Of a DNA stretch of 64,000 bases, positions 39,403 to 49,519 are shown in pieces. The notes under the pieces were generated by a model, which did not search any database, was not told where the DNA came from, and saw nothing but the letters and a program-made list of their open reading frames with translations. Source of the stretch: Alphaproteobacteria bacterium (GTDB lineage: Bacteria; Pseudomonadota; Alphaproteobacteria; Bin95); the NCBI GenBank assembly GCA_963665325.3, contig OZ224045.1, positions 864,001-928,000 of the forward strand. Reading direction: 5' to 3'. Each line of letters starts with the position of its first letter. Position 1 is the first letter of the stretch. Position numbers and translations under genes: made by a program.

Positions 39403-39659
39403 TGATCGAATCTCGTAACTGACTAGACTCATTGAAGAATTCACCCTTGAATTGATGGTGTGGAAGCCATAATCCTAAATCAGTCATCAAGTCGAAAGCA
39501 GAATTTTTCAATATCAGGTCGGCCGTCGGCAGCGTCTGGCAACGCATTACCATTTTCGAGCGTCGAGGCCAATGTAACCGTTCGGGTCCCGGGGGATCGT
39601 AGCCTCCCACTGATTTTTCTCACTGGTAACTAAGTCGCGCATGCGCTACCGTCTCGCGC

Positions 39660-41825
39660 ATGGCGGTTCTCGAGGCGGATTTCGTCACCGACCTGACGCC
39701 GGCCGAGGGCGGCGACATGCTGTGGTCGCTTCCCGTCGTGGCGCCGGCGCGCGAGCCGCTCGACTGGGCGTCTCTGCTTGAAGAGGCGGAGGCGCGCGTC
39801 AAGGAGGAACGGGGCCGCGCGGCTGTGGCGGAGTTGCGCCGCGAGGAACTGCGCCGGTCGGAGAGCGATGCCCGAGCGCTTGCGGACTCGCTGACGAGGC
39901 AGCTCGACACCTGCCGGTTCAAGCTCAAGACGGCGACCTCGAAGACCGCGTCGCGGGCCGCGAAGGGGTTGGAGCGCAGGGTCGAGTCCCAGGACGACGA
40001 AATCGCCGATCTTCGCCTCACGCTGCGCAGGTCTCACGAGCGCCAGGAGCGGATCGAAAAACGCCACCAGGACGAGATCAACTGGCTGAAGCAGGACATC
40101 GACCGGGAGCGCTCGCGGATCGCGAAGGTGTACCGCAAGGGCGAGCGCGTGGCCGGGTCGCTGCGCAAGCAGTTCGACCGGCAGCTCGCGGCGGCCAGGC
40201 GGCTGGTGGAGACCCGGGAGGGCACGATCGCATGGCTGCGCGAACGCAACGCCCGGATGCGGGCGGCGATCGTGCGGGCCACGGAGCTGATCGCCTCGCT
40301 GCGGGAGAAGAATACCCGGCTGCGCGCCGAGGTGCGGGATCTGAAGGACGAGAACGCGGCGCTGGCCTCGCAGGTCGAGACGCTGCAAGCCCAGCTCGAC
40401 AAGCTGCGCTCGACCCGGAGCGTCCTGTCGAAGGCGCTCTACGGCAGCAGGAGCGAGCAGCAGAAGAGGCCGGGCACCGGGCGCAAGCGCGGCCAGCAGC
40501 GCGGCGCCGCCGGGCACGGCCGCACCCAGCGCCCCGGGCTCGGGCAGAAGAAGGAACCGCGCGACCCGCCTGAGGAAGCGCGTGTGTGTCCGCGTTGCGG
40601 CAAGCCCTACGCCGCCAACGGCGAGCGCTGCACCACTCTCTTCGAGATCGATGTCGAGGCCTACGAGAACACCATCGTGCGGTCGCGCTGGCGCCACAGT
40701 TGCGACTGCGCCTCCGCGCCGCGGGAGGTGACCGCGCCGCCGGTGACGCGGCTGTTCGAGACCACGCCCTACGGGATCAGCGTATGGACGTGCATGCTCT
40801 ACGAGCGCTTCGTCTGCTGCCGTCCCCTGCATCGGGTCGCGGCCTGGCTGGCCGACATGGGGCTGGCGATCTCGCCGGGGACCCTGGCCGACAGCATCAA
40901 GCGCTTCGTGCCGCTGTTCGAACCGTTGGCCGAGGCGATCCTCGCGCACCAGAACGAGGCCGCGCTGCGCCACGCCGACGAAACATCCTGGCGCGTTCAG
41001 GCGTATCGCGAGAAAGGCCGGTCGAGCCGCGCCTGGTTGTGGATCTCGGTCAGCAACGATGCCGTCTACTTCCACATCGACCCCTCGCGCAGCGCCGAGG
41101 TCGCGATGAAGCTGTTCGGTTCGGTCAAGGATACCGTGGTCCTGGTCTGCGACCGGTTCAGCGCCTACAGGAAGCTGGCTCGCGAACTCGCCGGCAAGGT
41201 GATCCTGCAATGGTGCTGGGCACATCAAAGGCGCTCGTTCATCGACCGTGCCGCCGGTCATGTGCGGCTCAGGCGCTGGTGCCAGAGATGGATCGAGCGG
41301 ATCGCGCTGATCTACCGGCTGAACGACGATCGGCTGGAGCATTACGACCCCGCTCACCCCCTCGAACGACAGTCGCCGGCGTTCGATATCGCGCACGCCA
41401 AGCTGAAGAAGGAGGTCGACGAGCTGTTCGCAGCCGCCGAAGCGGAACTGGCCGGGCTGACGGACAGGGCGCGCAGGGCCAAGCCGCTGCGCTCGCTTCT
41501 CAACCACCGCGGGGGGCTGTGCGTCTTCGTCGACAAGCCGTTCGTGCCCATGGACAACAACCGCGGCGAGCTCTCGTTGCGCTTCGCGGTTATCGGACGA
41601 CGGCTCTCGTTCGGCTCCGACAGCGAGAAAGGCGCCGGGTTCACGGCGACGATGTACTCGGTGGCTGGCACGCTGGCGATCAACGGCATCGACGTCCGGC
41701 GCTGGCTCAGGGAATGGCTGACCGCGTGCGCGGAAAACGGCGGCAATCCGCCGGACGACCTCTCGCCCTGGCTGCCGTGGTCGATGAGCGAGGAGCGCCG
41801 GCGCGAACTCACGGCGTCGGGATGA
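39660..41825 (+). CDS. tnpC: IS66 transposase with long N-terminal coiled coil
   Basis: CPRCG zinc finger, HADETSW, VCDRFSAY, CWAHQRR, DNNRGELSLR. Confidence 0.92.
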   Translation: MAVLEADFVTDLTPAEGGDMLWSLPVVAPAREPLDWASLLEEAEARVKEERGRAAVAELRREELRRSESDARALADSLTRQLDTCRFKLKTATSKTASRAAKGLERRVESQDDEIADLRLTLRRSHERQERIEKRHQDEINWLKQDIDRERSRIAKVYRKGERVAGSLRKQFDRQLAAARRLVETREGTIAWLRERNARMRAAIVRATELIASLREKNTRLRAEVRDLKDENAALASQVETLQAQLDKLRSTRSVLSKALYGSRSEQQKRPGTGRKRGQQRGAAGHGRTQRPGLGQKKEPRDPPEEARVCPRCGKPYAANGERCTTLFEIDVEAYENTIVRSRWRHSCDCASAPREVTAPPVTRLFETTPYGISVWTCMLYERFVCCRPLHRVAAWLADMGLAISPGTLADSIKRFVPLFEPLAEAILAHQNEAALRHADETSWRVQAYREKGRSSRAWLWISVSNDAVYFHIDPSRSAEVAMKLFGSVKDTVVLVCDRFSAYRKLARELAGKVILQWCWAHQRRSFIDRAAGHVRLRRWCQRWIERIALIYRLNDDRLEHYDPAHPLERQSPAFDIAHAKLKKEVDELFAAAEAELAGLTDRARRAKPLRSLLNHRGGLCVFVDKPFVPMDNNRGELSLRFAVIGRRLSFGSDSEKGAGFTATMYSVAGTLAINGIDVRRWLREWLTACAENGGNPPDDLSPWLPWSMSEERRRELTASG

Positions 41826-42703
41826 CCGGCGCGGTCGAGTGCCGCTACCACGGCCGAGACTTCACCGCCGAGGAAATGGCGCTGCTGCGCGCGCTCATCG
41901 CCGGTCCCGCATCGCTCTCCCGCCGCGCCCTGTCGATCGAGTTCTGCCGGCGCATCGGCTGGATCAAGCCCGACGGCGGGCTCAAGGATATGATGGCCCG
42001 CGTCACCATGCTCGCCATGCACCGCGACGGCCTCATCGAACTGCCGCCGCCCAGGTGGCAGCGGGGACGGCCCAGGCCCATCGTCTTCGGACCCGACACC
42101 GAGCCGCCGCTGTTCCCCGCGCCCACGACCCTCGACGAGGTCCGTCCGCTCGACTTCCGCGCCGTCGTGCACAGCACCCGGGAAGGCAGGCTCTGGAACG
42201 AGTTCGTCGCCCGCTACCATTATCTCGGATACAAGACCCTGGTCGGCGCCCAGATGCGCTACGCCGTCCACGACCGAAACGGCTGGCCCGTCGCCATGCT
42301 CGGCTTCTCCACCGCCGCCTGGAAGCTCGCCCCGCGCGACAACTTCATCGGATGGTCGCCCGAAAAGCGCGAGAAGAACCTCCCGCTCGTGGTCGACAAC
42401 CCGCGCTTCCTGATATTGCCGTGGATCCAGATCCCCAACCTCGGATCGCACATCCTCGCCATCGTGCGCCGGCGCCTGCCCACCGACTGGACCGAGCGCT
42501 ACGGCACCACCCCCGTGCTGATCGAAACCTTCGTCGAGACCCCGCGATACACCGGCGCCGTCTACAAGGCGTCGGGCTGGACCCGCGTCGGGACCACCCA
42601 GGGCCGTGGCCGCTACGACAGGCATACCAAACGAGCTCAGCCGAAAAAGGACATCTGGCTCCGCCCCCTCCGAAAAGATTGGCAACGCACCCTCAATCGG
42701 TAG
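41822..42703 (+). CDS. DUF4338 (Druantia DruA-like) protein, IS passenger
   Basis: YHYLG, VDNPRFLILPW, NLGSHIL, DWTERYG..PVLIETFVE, GAVYKASGW; ATGA overlap with tnpC. Confidence 0.85.
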   Translation: MTGAVECRYHGRDFTAEEMALLRALIAGPASLSRRALSIEFCRRIGWIKPDGGLKDMMARVTMLAMHRDGLIELPPPRWQRGRPRPIVFGPDTEPPLFPAPTTLDEVRPLDFRAVVHSTREGRLWNEFVARYHYLGYKTLVGAQMRYAVHDRNGWPVAMLGFSTAAWKLAPRDNFIGWSPEKREKNLPLVVDNPRFLILPWIQIPNLGSHILAIVRRRLPTDWTERYGTTPVLIETFVETPRYTGAVYKASGWTRVGTTQGRGRYDRHTKRAQPKKDIWLRPLRKDWQRTLNR

Positions 42704-42838
42704 AATCACACCCGGTCGCGACCAGGTGCGGGTAAGCATGCCAACAAGCGGATAACCTCCTCCTCATCCCCCGGGACCCGAACGGTTACAGGCCAATTCG
42801 AGGCCGAATTGGGTGAGAACCGATTCATTCGTATACGT

Positions 42839-43669
42839 TCACGTCTCGTCCAGAGCGATCCTTACGCTGTTTTCTCCATGGGTGATGAGCTTTCTGTCCT
42901 CTTGGGGCCCTTCGGCGAAGACGACGCCCTGGAGGATCAGAGCCCTTCTCGCGCTGCCGTCCATCGGTAACTCGATTGTCCAGACCGCACTGCCGCTTAC
43001 GCCACCATGGGTCCGGGGAATCCACGGATCGTCGCTCGTAATGGCGTACTCACCGTAGTCCCAACCATCCTCGTCTGTCGCCTGTTCTGCTGTCCTGCCT
43101 ATCAGCATGCCGTGGGCGACCACCATGTTCTCGCCCAGGTCGCTCGCGGCGTGGACGAATCCGAAAACAATTCCGATCTGGCATACTTCGCCCTCGAACG
43201 CATCGCGCGGTCTCGCCCTGTTGCGGAAGACGGCACCAAGTGCCTCCATCCTCTCCACATCTTCTCCCGACAAGGGCATCCAGCCGATATCCGGACCCAA
43301 CGGCCCTTGGTTGGCTTCTCCCCGGCCTGTCATGCCCGCGCCTTCAATCCTGATCCAGTTGACCAGTTCTCGGTCCTGGGCCGGGAGCACGAGGATGTTC
43401 TGCCTGGCCTTGACGGCGCCGATGACGTGCCCGGCCGTCAGAATGCCATGCTGGCCATCGGTTCTTCTGACAAACGTTCCGGAACCGATTGGTGTCAGCT
43501 GCCCCTCCGCGCCGTAACCGATGATCGTCGTGTATCGGCGTACGAGATCGGCCAGGATCCGCGGCGCAGTCTCGGGATTCAACTGGTCCTCCTGGAAGAT
43601 ACCGGTCCTCGCAAGGTAGCCCGAAACTTCGGACCAGCCGGCGGTCACGATCGCGGGTTCTGGAGCCAT
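42839..43669 (-). CDS. Trypsin-like serine protease, no signal peptide
   Basis: GSGTFV, LTAGHV (His), PDIG (Asp), GGVSGSAV (Ser). Confidence 0.75.
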   Translation of the reverse strand: MAPEPAIVTAGWSEVSGYLARTGIFQEDQLNPETAPRILADLVRRYTTIIGYGAEGQLTPIGSGTFVRRTDGQHGILTAGHVIGAVKARQNILVLPAQDRELVNWIRIEGAGMTGRGEANQGPLGPDIGWMPLSGEDVERMEALGAVFRNRARPRDAFEGEVCQIGIVFGFVHAASDLGENMVVAHGMLIGRTAEQATDEDGWDYGEYAITSDDPWIPRTHGGVSGSAVWTIELPMDGSARRALILQGVVFAEGPQEDRKLITHGENSVRIALDET

Positions 43670-44941
43670 GATGCATTCCGTTCTGTTCGGTGGCGGGTCA
43701 TACTGGGAGATGGTGGGCGATTGGAAATCTGAGGCCGGCGGGTTTGGGCGAAGTCTATAGGGATGCGGTGCTCTTCGGGCGGCGATGGCGTTGTGCAACG
43801 TGATGTGGCGGGATGGGCATGGTCTAGCCGGATGTATTCACGTCGATTAAATCGGAGGGTTTGGAGCGCGCAGGGGTGGGCGTTCGGCGCCGCTACGGTG
43901 CCGGGATCTGAAGTTTTCGAAGTCGAAGTTGAGGGTTGAGCCGGCTCGGGTTGGTGGGGCACGCCGCCCCGTCGGTCAGGGTCCCGAGGTCGCGAACCGG
44001 CCCGCCAGCAGCCGGAACAGGGCGGCGTCGGGGCAGGCCGAGGTGAAGTGGATGCGGATGCGCGCGGCCTTCTCGACGACGCGCGCGCCTATCTTGAGCA
44101 GTTTCTGGCGGAGGGCTGCGAACTCGGCCAAGTGGAGCGGCATCCTGCGCGGCACGGCATCGCGGAGCGCGAGCATCAGCCAGTAGGCGGCGATGTGCAG
44201 GACCAGCCTGAACTGGTTGGCGAGCGGGCCCTGGCAGGAGGTGCGGTCGGAGGCGAGCTGGGCCTTGTGCAACTTGATGAGGTTTTCCGCCTGGCCGCGG
44301 GCGCAGTAGATCCCTTCGTAGAGATGGCGGGGCTCGCCGGTGAGCGAGGTGACGATGTAGCGCGCGTCGAAGCCGCGGGTCGTCGCCTCCAGCCGGGCGA
44401 CCACGCGGCGCGCGCGGTTCCACGAGCCGGCGGCGTAGGCGAAGTCGTCGAAGCCGCGGACCTTGTCGCCACCGGCTTCGGCGTGGCGCGCCCGGACCTC
44501 CTCGCCGGACTCGTCGGCGAGGCGGTGCAGCACCGCATTGCCGGCCAGGCCGAAGATATAGTCGACGCCGTTGTCCTCGCACCATGCCATCGCCTCGGTC
44601 CGACCGTAGTGGCTGTCGCCCCGGAAGGTGAGCCGGGTGCGCGGCCAGTGCCGGCGGATGCGCCGCGTCAGATGCTTGAGCATGGTGCGGACCTCGACCC
44701 CCGACGGCGTCTTGCCGGGGCGCGGGAGAACCGCCACCGGCCTGCCGCTCTCGACATGGTAGACGTGCACCGGGAGGAAGCAGCGGGTGTCATGGAAGCC
44801 GTTGAACAGCGAGAGTTGCTGGTGGCCGTGCACCGCGTCGCAGGTCTCGTCGATGGTAACCGTTCGGGTCCCGGGGGATGAGGAGGAGGTTATCCGCTTG
44901 TTGGCATGCTTACCCGCACCTGGTCGCGACCGGGTGTGATT

Positions 44942-45823
44942 CTACCGATTGAGGGTGCGTTGCCAATCTTTTCGGAGGGGGCGGAGCCAGATGTCCTTTT
45001 TCGGCTGAGCTCGTTTGGTATGCCTGTCGTAGCGGCCACGGCCCTGGGTGGTCCCGACGCGGGTCCAGCCCGACGCCTTGTAGACGGCGCCGGTGTATCG
45101 CGGGGTCTCGACGAAGGTTTCGATCAGCACGGGGGTGGTGCCGTAGCGCTCGGTCCAGTCGGTGGGCAGGCGCCGGCGCACGATGGCGAGGATGTGCGAT
45201 CCGAGGTTGGGGATCTGGATCCACGGCAATATCAGGAAGCGCGGGTTGTCGACCACGAGCGGGAGGTTCTTCTCGCGCTTTTCGGGCGACCATCCGATGA
45301 AGTTGTCGCGCGGGGCGAGCTTCCAGGCGGCGGTGGAGAAGCCGAGCATGGCGACGGGCCAGCCGTTTCGGTCGTGGACGGCGTAGCGCATCTGGGCGCC
45401 GACCAGGGTCTTGTATCCGAGATAATGGTAGCGGGCGACGAACTCGTTCCAGAGCCTGCCTTCCCGGGTGCTGTGCACGACGGCGCGGAAGTCGAGCGGA
45501 CGGACCTCGTCGAGGGTCGTGGGCGCGGGGAACAGCGGCGGCTCGGTGTCGGGTCCGAAGACGATGGGCCTGGGCCGTCCCCGCTGCCACCTGGGCGGCG
45601 GCAGTTCGATGAGGCCGTCGCGGTGCATGGCGAGCATGGTGACGCGGGCCATCATATCCTTGAGCCCGCCGTCGGGCTTGATCCAGCCGATGCGCCGGCA
45701 GAACTCGATCGACAGGGCGCGGCGGGAGAGCGATGCGGGACCGGCGATGAGCGCGCGCAGCAGCGCCATTTCCTCGGCGGTGAAGTCTCGGCCGTGGTAG
45801 CGGCACTCGACCGCGCCGGTCAT
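44942..45823 (-). CDS. DUF4338 (DruA-like) protein, copy 2
   Basis: Same translation as 41822-42703. Confidence 0.85.
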   Translation of the reverse strand: MTGAVECRYHGRDFTAEEMALLRALIAGPASLSRRALSIEFCRRIGWIKPDGGLKDMMARVTMLAMHRDGLIELPPPRWQRGRPRPIVFGPDTEPPLFPAPTTLDEVRPLDFRAVVHSTREGRLWNEFVARYHYLGYKTLVGAQMRYAVHDRNGWPVAMLGFSTAAWKLAPRDNFIGWSPEKREKNLPLVVDNPRFLILPWIQIPNLGSHILAIVRRRLPTDWTERYGTTPVLIETFVETPRYTGAVYKASGWTRVGTTQGRGRYDRHTKRAQPKKDIWLRPLRKDWQRTLNR

Positions 45824-47985
45824 CCCGACGCCGTGAGTTCGCGCCGGCGCTCCTCGCTCATCGACCACGGCAGCCAGGGCGAGAGGTCGTCCGGCGGATT
45901 GCCGCCGTTTTCCGCGCACGCGGTCAGCCATTCCCTGAGCCAGCGCCGGACGTCGATGCCGTTGATCGCCAGCGTGCCAGCCACCGAGTACATCGTCGCC
46001 GTGAACCCGGCGCCTTTCTCGCTGTCGGAGCCGAACGAGAGCCGTCGTCCGATAACCGCGAAGCGCAACGAGAGCTCGCCGCGGTTGTTGTCCATGGGCA
46101 CGAACGGCTTGTCGACGAAGACGCACAGCCCCCCGCGGTGGTTGAGAAGCGAGCGCAGCGGCTTGGCCCTGCGCGCCCTGTCCGTCAGCCCGGCCAGTTC
46201 CGCTTCGGCGGCTGCGAACAGCTCGTCGACCTCCTTCTTCAGCTTGGCGTGCGCGATATCGAACGCCGGCGACTGTCGTTCGAGGGGGTGAGCGGGGTCG
46301 TAATGCTCCAGCCGATCGTCGTTCAGCCGGTAGATCAGCGCGATCCGCTCGATCCATCTCTGGCACCAGCGCCTGAGCCGCACATGACCGGCGGCACGGT
46401 CGATGAACGAGCGCCTTTGATGTGCCCAGCACCATTGCAGGATCACCTTGCCGGCGAGTTCGCGAGCCAGCTTCCTGTAGGCGCTGAACCGGTCGCAGAC
46501 CAGGACCACGGTATCCTTGACCGAACCGAACAGCTTCATCGCGACCTCGGCGCTGCGCGAGGGGTCGATGTGGAAGTAGACGGCATCGTTGCTGACCGAG
46601 ATCCACAACCAGGCGCGGCTCGACCGGCCTTTCTCGCGATACGCCTGAACGCGCCAGGATGTTTCGTCGGCGTGGCGCAGCGCGGCCTCGTTCTGGTGCG
46701 CGAGGATCGCCTCGGCCAACGGTTCGAACAGCGGCACGAAGCGCTTGATGCTGTCGGCCAGGGTCCCCGGCGAGATCGCCAGCCCCATGTCGGCCAGCCA
46801 GGCCGCGACCCGATGCAGGGGACGGCAGCAGACGAAGCGCTCGTAGAGCATGCACGTCCATACGCTGATCCCGTAGGGCGTGGTCTCGAACAGCCGCGTC
46901 ACCGGCGGCGCGGTCACCTCCCGCGGCGCGGAGGCGCAGTCGCAACTGTGGCGCCAGCGCGACCGCACGATGGTGTTCTCGTAGGCCTCGACATCGATCT
47001 CGAAGAGAGTGGTGCAGCGCTCGCCGTTGGCGGCGTAGGGCTTGCCGCAACGCGGACACACACGCGCTTCCTCAGGCGGGTCGCGCGGTTCCTTCTTCTG
47101 CCCGAGCCCGGGGCGCTGGGTGCGGCCGTGCCCGGCGGCGCCGCGCTGCTGGCCGCGCTTGCGCCCGGTGCCCGGCCTCTTCTGCTGCTCGCTCCTGCTG
47201 CCGTAGAGCGCCTTCGACAGGACGCTCCGGGTCGAGCGCAGCTTGTCGAGCTGGGCTTGCAGCGTCTCGACCTGCGAGGCCAGCGCCGCGTTCTCGTCCT
47301 TCAGATCCCGCACCTCGGCGCGCAGCCGGGTATTCTTCTCCCGCAGCGAGGCGATCAGCTCCGTGGCCCGCACGATCGCCGCCCGCATCCGGGCGTTGCG
47401 TTCGCGCAGCCATGCGATCGTGCCCTCCCGGGTCTCCACCAGCCGCCTGGCCGCCGCGAGCTGCCGGTCGAACTGCTTGCGCAGCGACCCGGCCACGCGC
47501 TCGCCCTTGCGGTACACCTTCGCGATCCGCGAGCGCTCCCGGTCGATGTCCTGCTTCAGCCAGTTGATCTCGTCCTGGTGGCGTTTTTCGATCCGCTCCT
47601 GGCGCTCGTGAGACCTGCGCAGCGTGAGGCGAAGATCGGCGATTTCGTCGTCCTGGGACTCGACCCTGCGCTCCAACCCCTTCGCGGCCCGCGACGCGGT
47701 CTTCGAGGTCGCCGTCTTGAGCTTGAACCGGCAGGTGTCGAGCTGCCTCGTCAGCGAGTCCGCAAGCGCTCGGGCATCGCTCTCCGACCGGCGCAGTTCC
47801 TCGCGGCGCAACTCCGCCACAGCCGCGCGGCCCCGTTCCTCCTTGACGCGCGCCTCCGCCTCTTCAAGCAGAGACGCCCAGTCGAGCGGCTCGCGCGCCG
47901 GCGCCACGACGGGAAGCGACCACAGCATGTCGCCGCCCTCGGCCGGCGTCAGGTCGGTGACGAAATCCGCCTCGAGAACCGCCAT
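45820..47985 (-). CDS. tnpC: IS66 transposase, copy 2
   Basis: Same 721-aa translation as copy 1. Confidence 0.92.
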   Translation of the reverse strand: MAVLEADFVTDLTPAEGGDMLWSLPVVAPAREPLDWASLLEEAEARVKEERGRAAVAELRREELRRSESDARALADSLTRQLDTCRFKLKTATSKTASRAAKGLERRVESQDDEIADLRLTLRRSHERQERIEKRHQDEINWLKQDIDRERSRIAKVYRKGERVAGSLRKQFDRQLAAARRLVETREGTIAWLRERNARMRAAIVRATELIASLREKNTRLRAEVRDLKDENAALASQVETLQAQLDKLRSTRSVLSKALYGSRSEQQKRPGTGRKRGQQRGAAGHGRTQRPGLGQKKEPRDPPEEARVCPRCGKPYAANGERCTTLFEIDVEAYENTIVRSRWRHSCDCASAPREVTAPPVTRLFETTPYGISVWTCMLYERFVCCRPLHRVAAWLADMGLAISPGTLADSIKRFVPLFEPLAEAILAHQNEAALRHADETSWRVQAYREKGRSSRAWLWISVSNDAVYFHIDPSRSAEVAMKLFGSVKDTVVLVCDRFSAYRKLARELAGKVILQWCWAHQRRSFIDRAAGHVRLRRWCQRWIERIALIYRLNDDRLEHYDPAHPLERQSPAFDIAHAKLKKEVDELFAAAEAELAGLTDRARRAKPLRSLLNHRGGLCVFVDKPFVPMDNNRGELSLRFAVIGRRLSFGSDSEKGAGFTATMYSVAGTLAINGIDVRRWLREWLTACAENGGNPPDDLSPWLPWSMSEERRRELTASG

Positions 47986-48865
47986 GCGCGAGACGGTAGC
48001 GCATGCGCGACTTAGTTACCAGTGAGAAAAATCAGTGGGAGGCTACGATCCCCCGGGACCCGAACGGTTACCGTCGATGTCGAGCGTGATCGCCGCCGGC
48101 GGGGACGCGAAGGAGCGGCAGAAGATGTCGACCAGGGCGGCCGTCAGGCGCCCCGTCTCGCTACTGGACGGCGCGTTCTCCAGCCGGCTCATGGTAGGCT
48201 GCGAACAGAGATCGCGGCCGCTCTCCGGCGCCCGGCCGACCGCCAGCTTGAACAGCGGATCGGCGCGCAGGTCGTCGCAATCGTCGGCGTCCTCATACCC
48301 GCAGGCGATCGCGAACATGCGGAACCGAAGCATCGCCGGCAGGCTGTGGACGACCCGGTCGGGGTCGCGCCATTCCCGGATGCAGCCGGCCAGCGTCTCG
48401 GCCAGGCCGAGCCGGCGCTCCGCCCCGCGCAGCAGGACCAGCCCACCGTCCGACGAGATCGAACCGCCGGCGAAATCGGCAGTCACCTTCTTGCGGCTTA
48501 CGGCTGGAAGATCGAACGGGAGAAGGGTATCATCGGTCATGGCGGGCGTGGCGCTTTCGTTGCTTCGGCAGAAATGCGCTGGGAAACGAATTTCTACCCG
48601 AATCCAACGGGTTACGCCACGTTCGCCACCATGCCTTCAGACCCTGATGAATACATCAGGTTAGACCGGTTGCCGGGGCAGGTCAATGGCGAGTACTCGA
48701 CATGGCGAGTACTCGGCTGTATTCCGTCTGACACTTCTGTCCGACGCCCAGCAAGAGGATTATCTCGACGATGTTTGGCAGGTCTCGCATATTTCTGCCA
48801 TCGTTGAAAACCGTATTAGAAGGCTAATGACAACTGGGCTCCGAACAACAAAGGACTAATGGTAA

Positions 48866-49519
48866 ATGCCATCAAGCGCACTAAGGAAGTTCGAAGGCCC
48901 AATGATGCGGGATGTTGAGCGCATTATTGCGACGCATGCGGATATGCAGGCAGGGAGCCCTGGGAACATGGGACTTGGGCATCTGACAAGAGCAGGCGTT
49001 CTTTTCCTATGCGCCGCATGGGAATTATACATTGAGGAAGTGCTGAATGAAAGTATCAAACACTGCATCCAGAAGAGTTCGTCACCTGAAGATCTCCCAA
49101 AAACGGTAAAGAAGACAATTTCCCAATACGTACGTGATTCCAAACATCAACTCAAGCCAATCGGTATGGCAGGAGACGGCTGGAAAACGATTTACTCTGA
49201 AATCGCTAGCGAATGGGTCGTCGGACTCAATACACCCAAATCTCACAATATCGATCAAGGTTTTCGTACACTCGTGGGTATTGAAAAATTATCTGAAAAC
49301 TGGTCTTTAGGGGCCGCCGTAGTGAATAGCTTCGTCGAAGTTAGAGGGGATATAGCGCACCGTGGATCGGATGCAGGCAACGTTCATATGAGTACGTTGA
49401 AGAATGCCTATAAAGAACAAATTACAAAATGTGTCCTTGAAACAGATAATGCTTTATCGAATTACATCAGGAATGCGTTTTCTCCTACAAGCTATCCATG
49501 GAACCGGCGTCAAATATAG
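48866..49519 (+). CDS. HEPN domain protein (RiboL-PSP-HEPN/MAE_28990-like)
   Basis: RAGVLFLCAAWELYIEE N-terminal helix, LNTPK, VRGDIAH (Rx4H); AT-rich. Confidence 0.78.
   Translation: MPSSALRKFEGPMMRDVERIIATHADMQAGSPGNMGLGHLTRAGVLFLCAAWELYIEEVLNESIKHCIQKSSSPEDLPKTVKKTISQYVRDSKHQLKPIGMAGDGWKTIYSEIASEWVVGLNTPKSHNIDQGFRTLVGIEKLSENWSLGAAVVNSFVEVRGDIAHRGSDAGNVHMSTLKNAYKEQITKCVLETDNALSNYIRNAFSPTSYPWNRRQI

Larger units (their letters stand above)
39574..42789 (+). mobile_element. IS66-family element, copy 1 (3216 bp)
   Basis: 24-bp perfect TIR GTAACCGTTCGGGTCCCGGGGGAT; 8-bp TSD AGGCCAAT (39566-39573 and 42790-42797). Confidence 0.95.
44856..48071 (-). mobile_element. IS66-family element, copy 2 (3216 bp, inverted)
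   Basis: Same TIRs; 8-bp TSD CGTCGATG (44848-44855 and 48072-48079); ORF translations match copy 1. Confidence 0.95.
43976..48540 (-). pseudogene. IS1380 transposase split by IS66 (parts 48072-48540 and 43976-44855)
   Basis: DFAGGSISSDGG, GYEDADD, SQPTMSRLEN, ITLDID | ETCDAVHGHQQ, RGDS, YCARGQAENLIK. Confidence 0.9.
43828..48660 (-). mobile_element. IS1380-family element interrupted by IS66 copy 2 (1609 bp after removing the insertion)
   Basis: Imperfect TIR CC(G/T)GATGTATTCA; flanks GGTCTAG | TTAGACC. Confidence 0.85.

Noticed and set aside
40586-41821. N-terminal ~410 aa of the 705-aa ORF (and its mirror at 45824-47059)
   Set aside because: Out-of-frame overlap with tnpC and Arg/Ala-rich low-complexity translation; the DUF4338 gene most plausibly starts at ATG 41822
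41822-42703. Complete Druantia defence system
   Set aside because: Only a DruA-like domain inside an IS; no DruE helicase or other dru genes in the window
39272-42830. ORF reconstructed across the IS66 copy 1 insertion (MNRFSPNSASNWPRRSKMV...)
   Set aside because: Open after in silico excision but has no recognisable motif and runs into the REP element; cannot be supported as a gene
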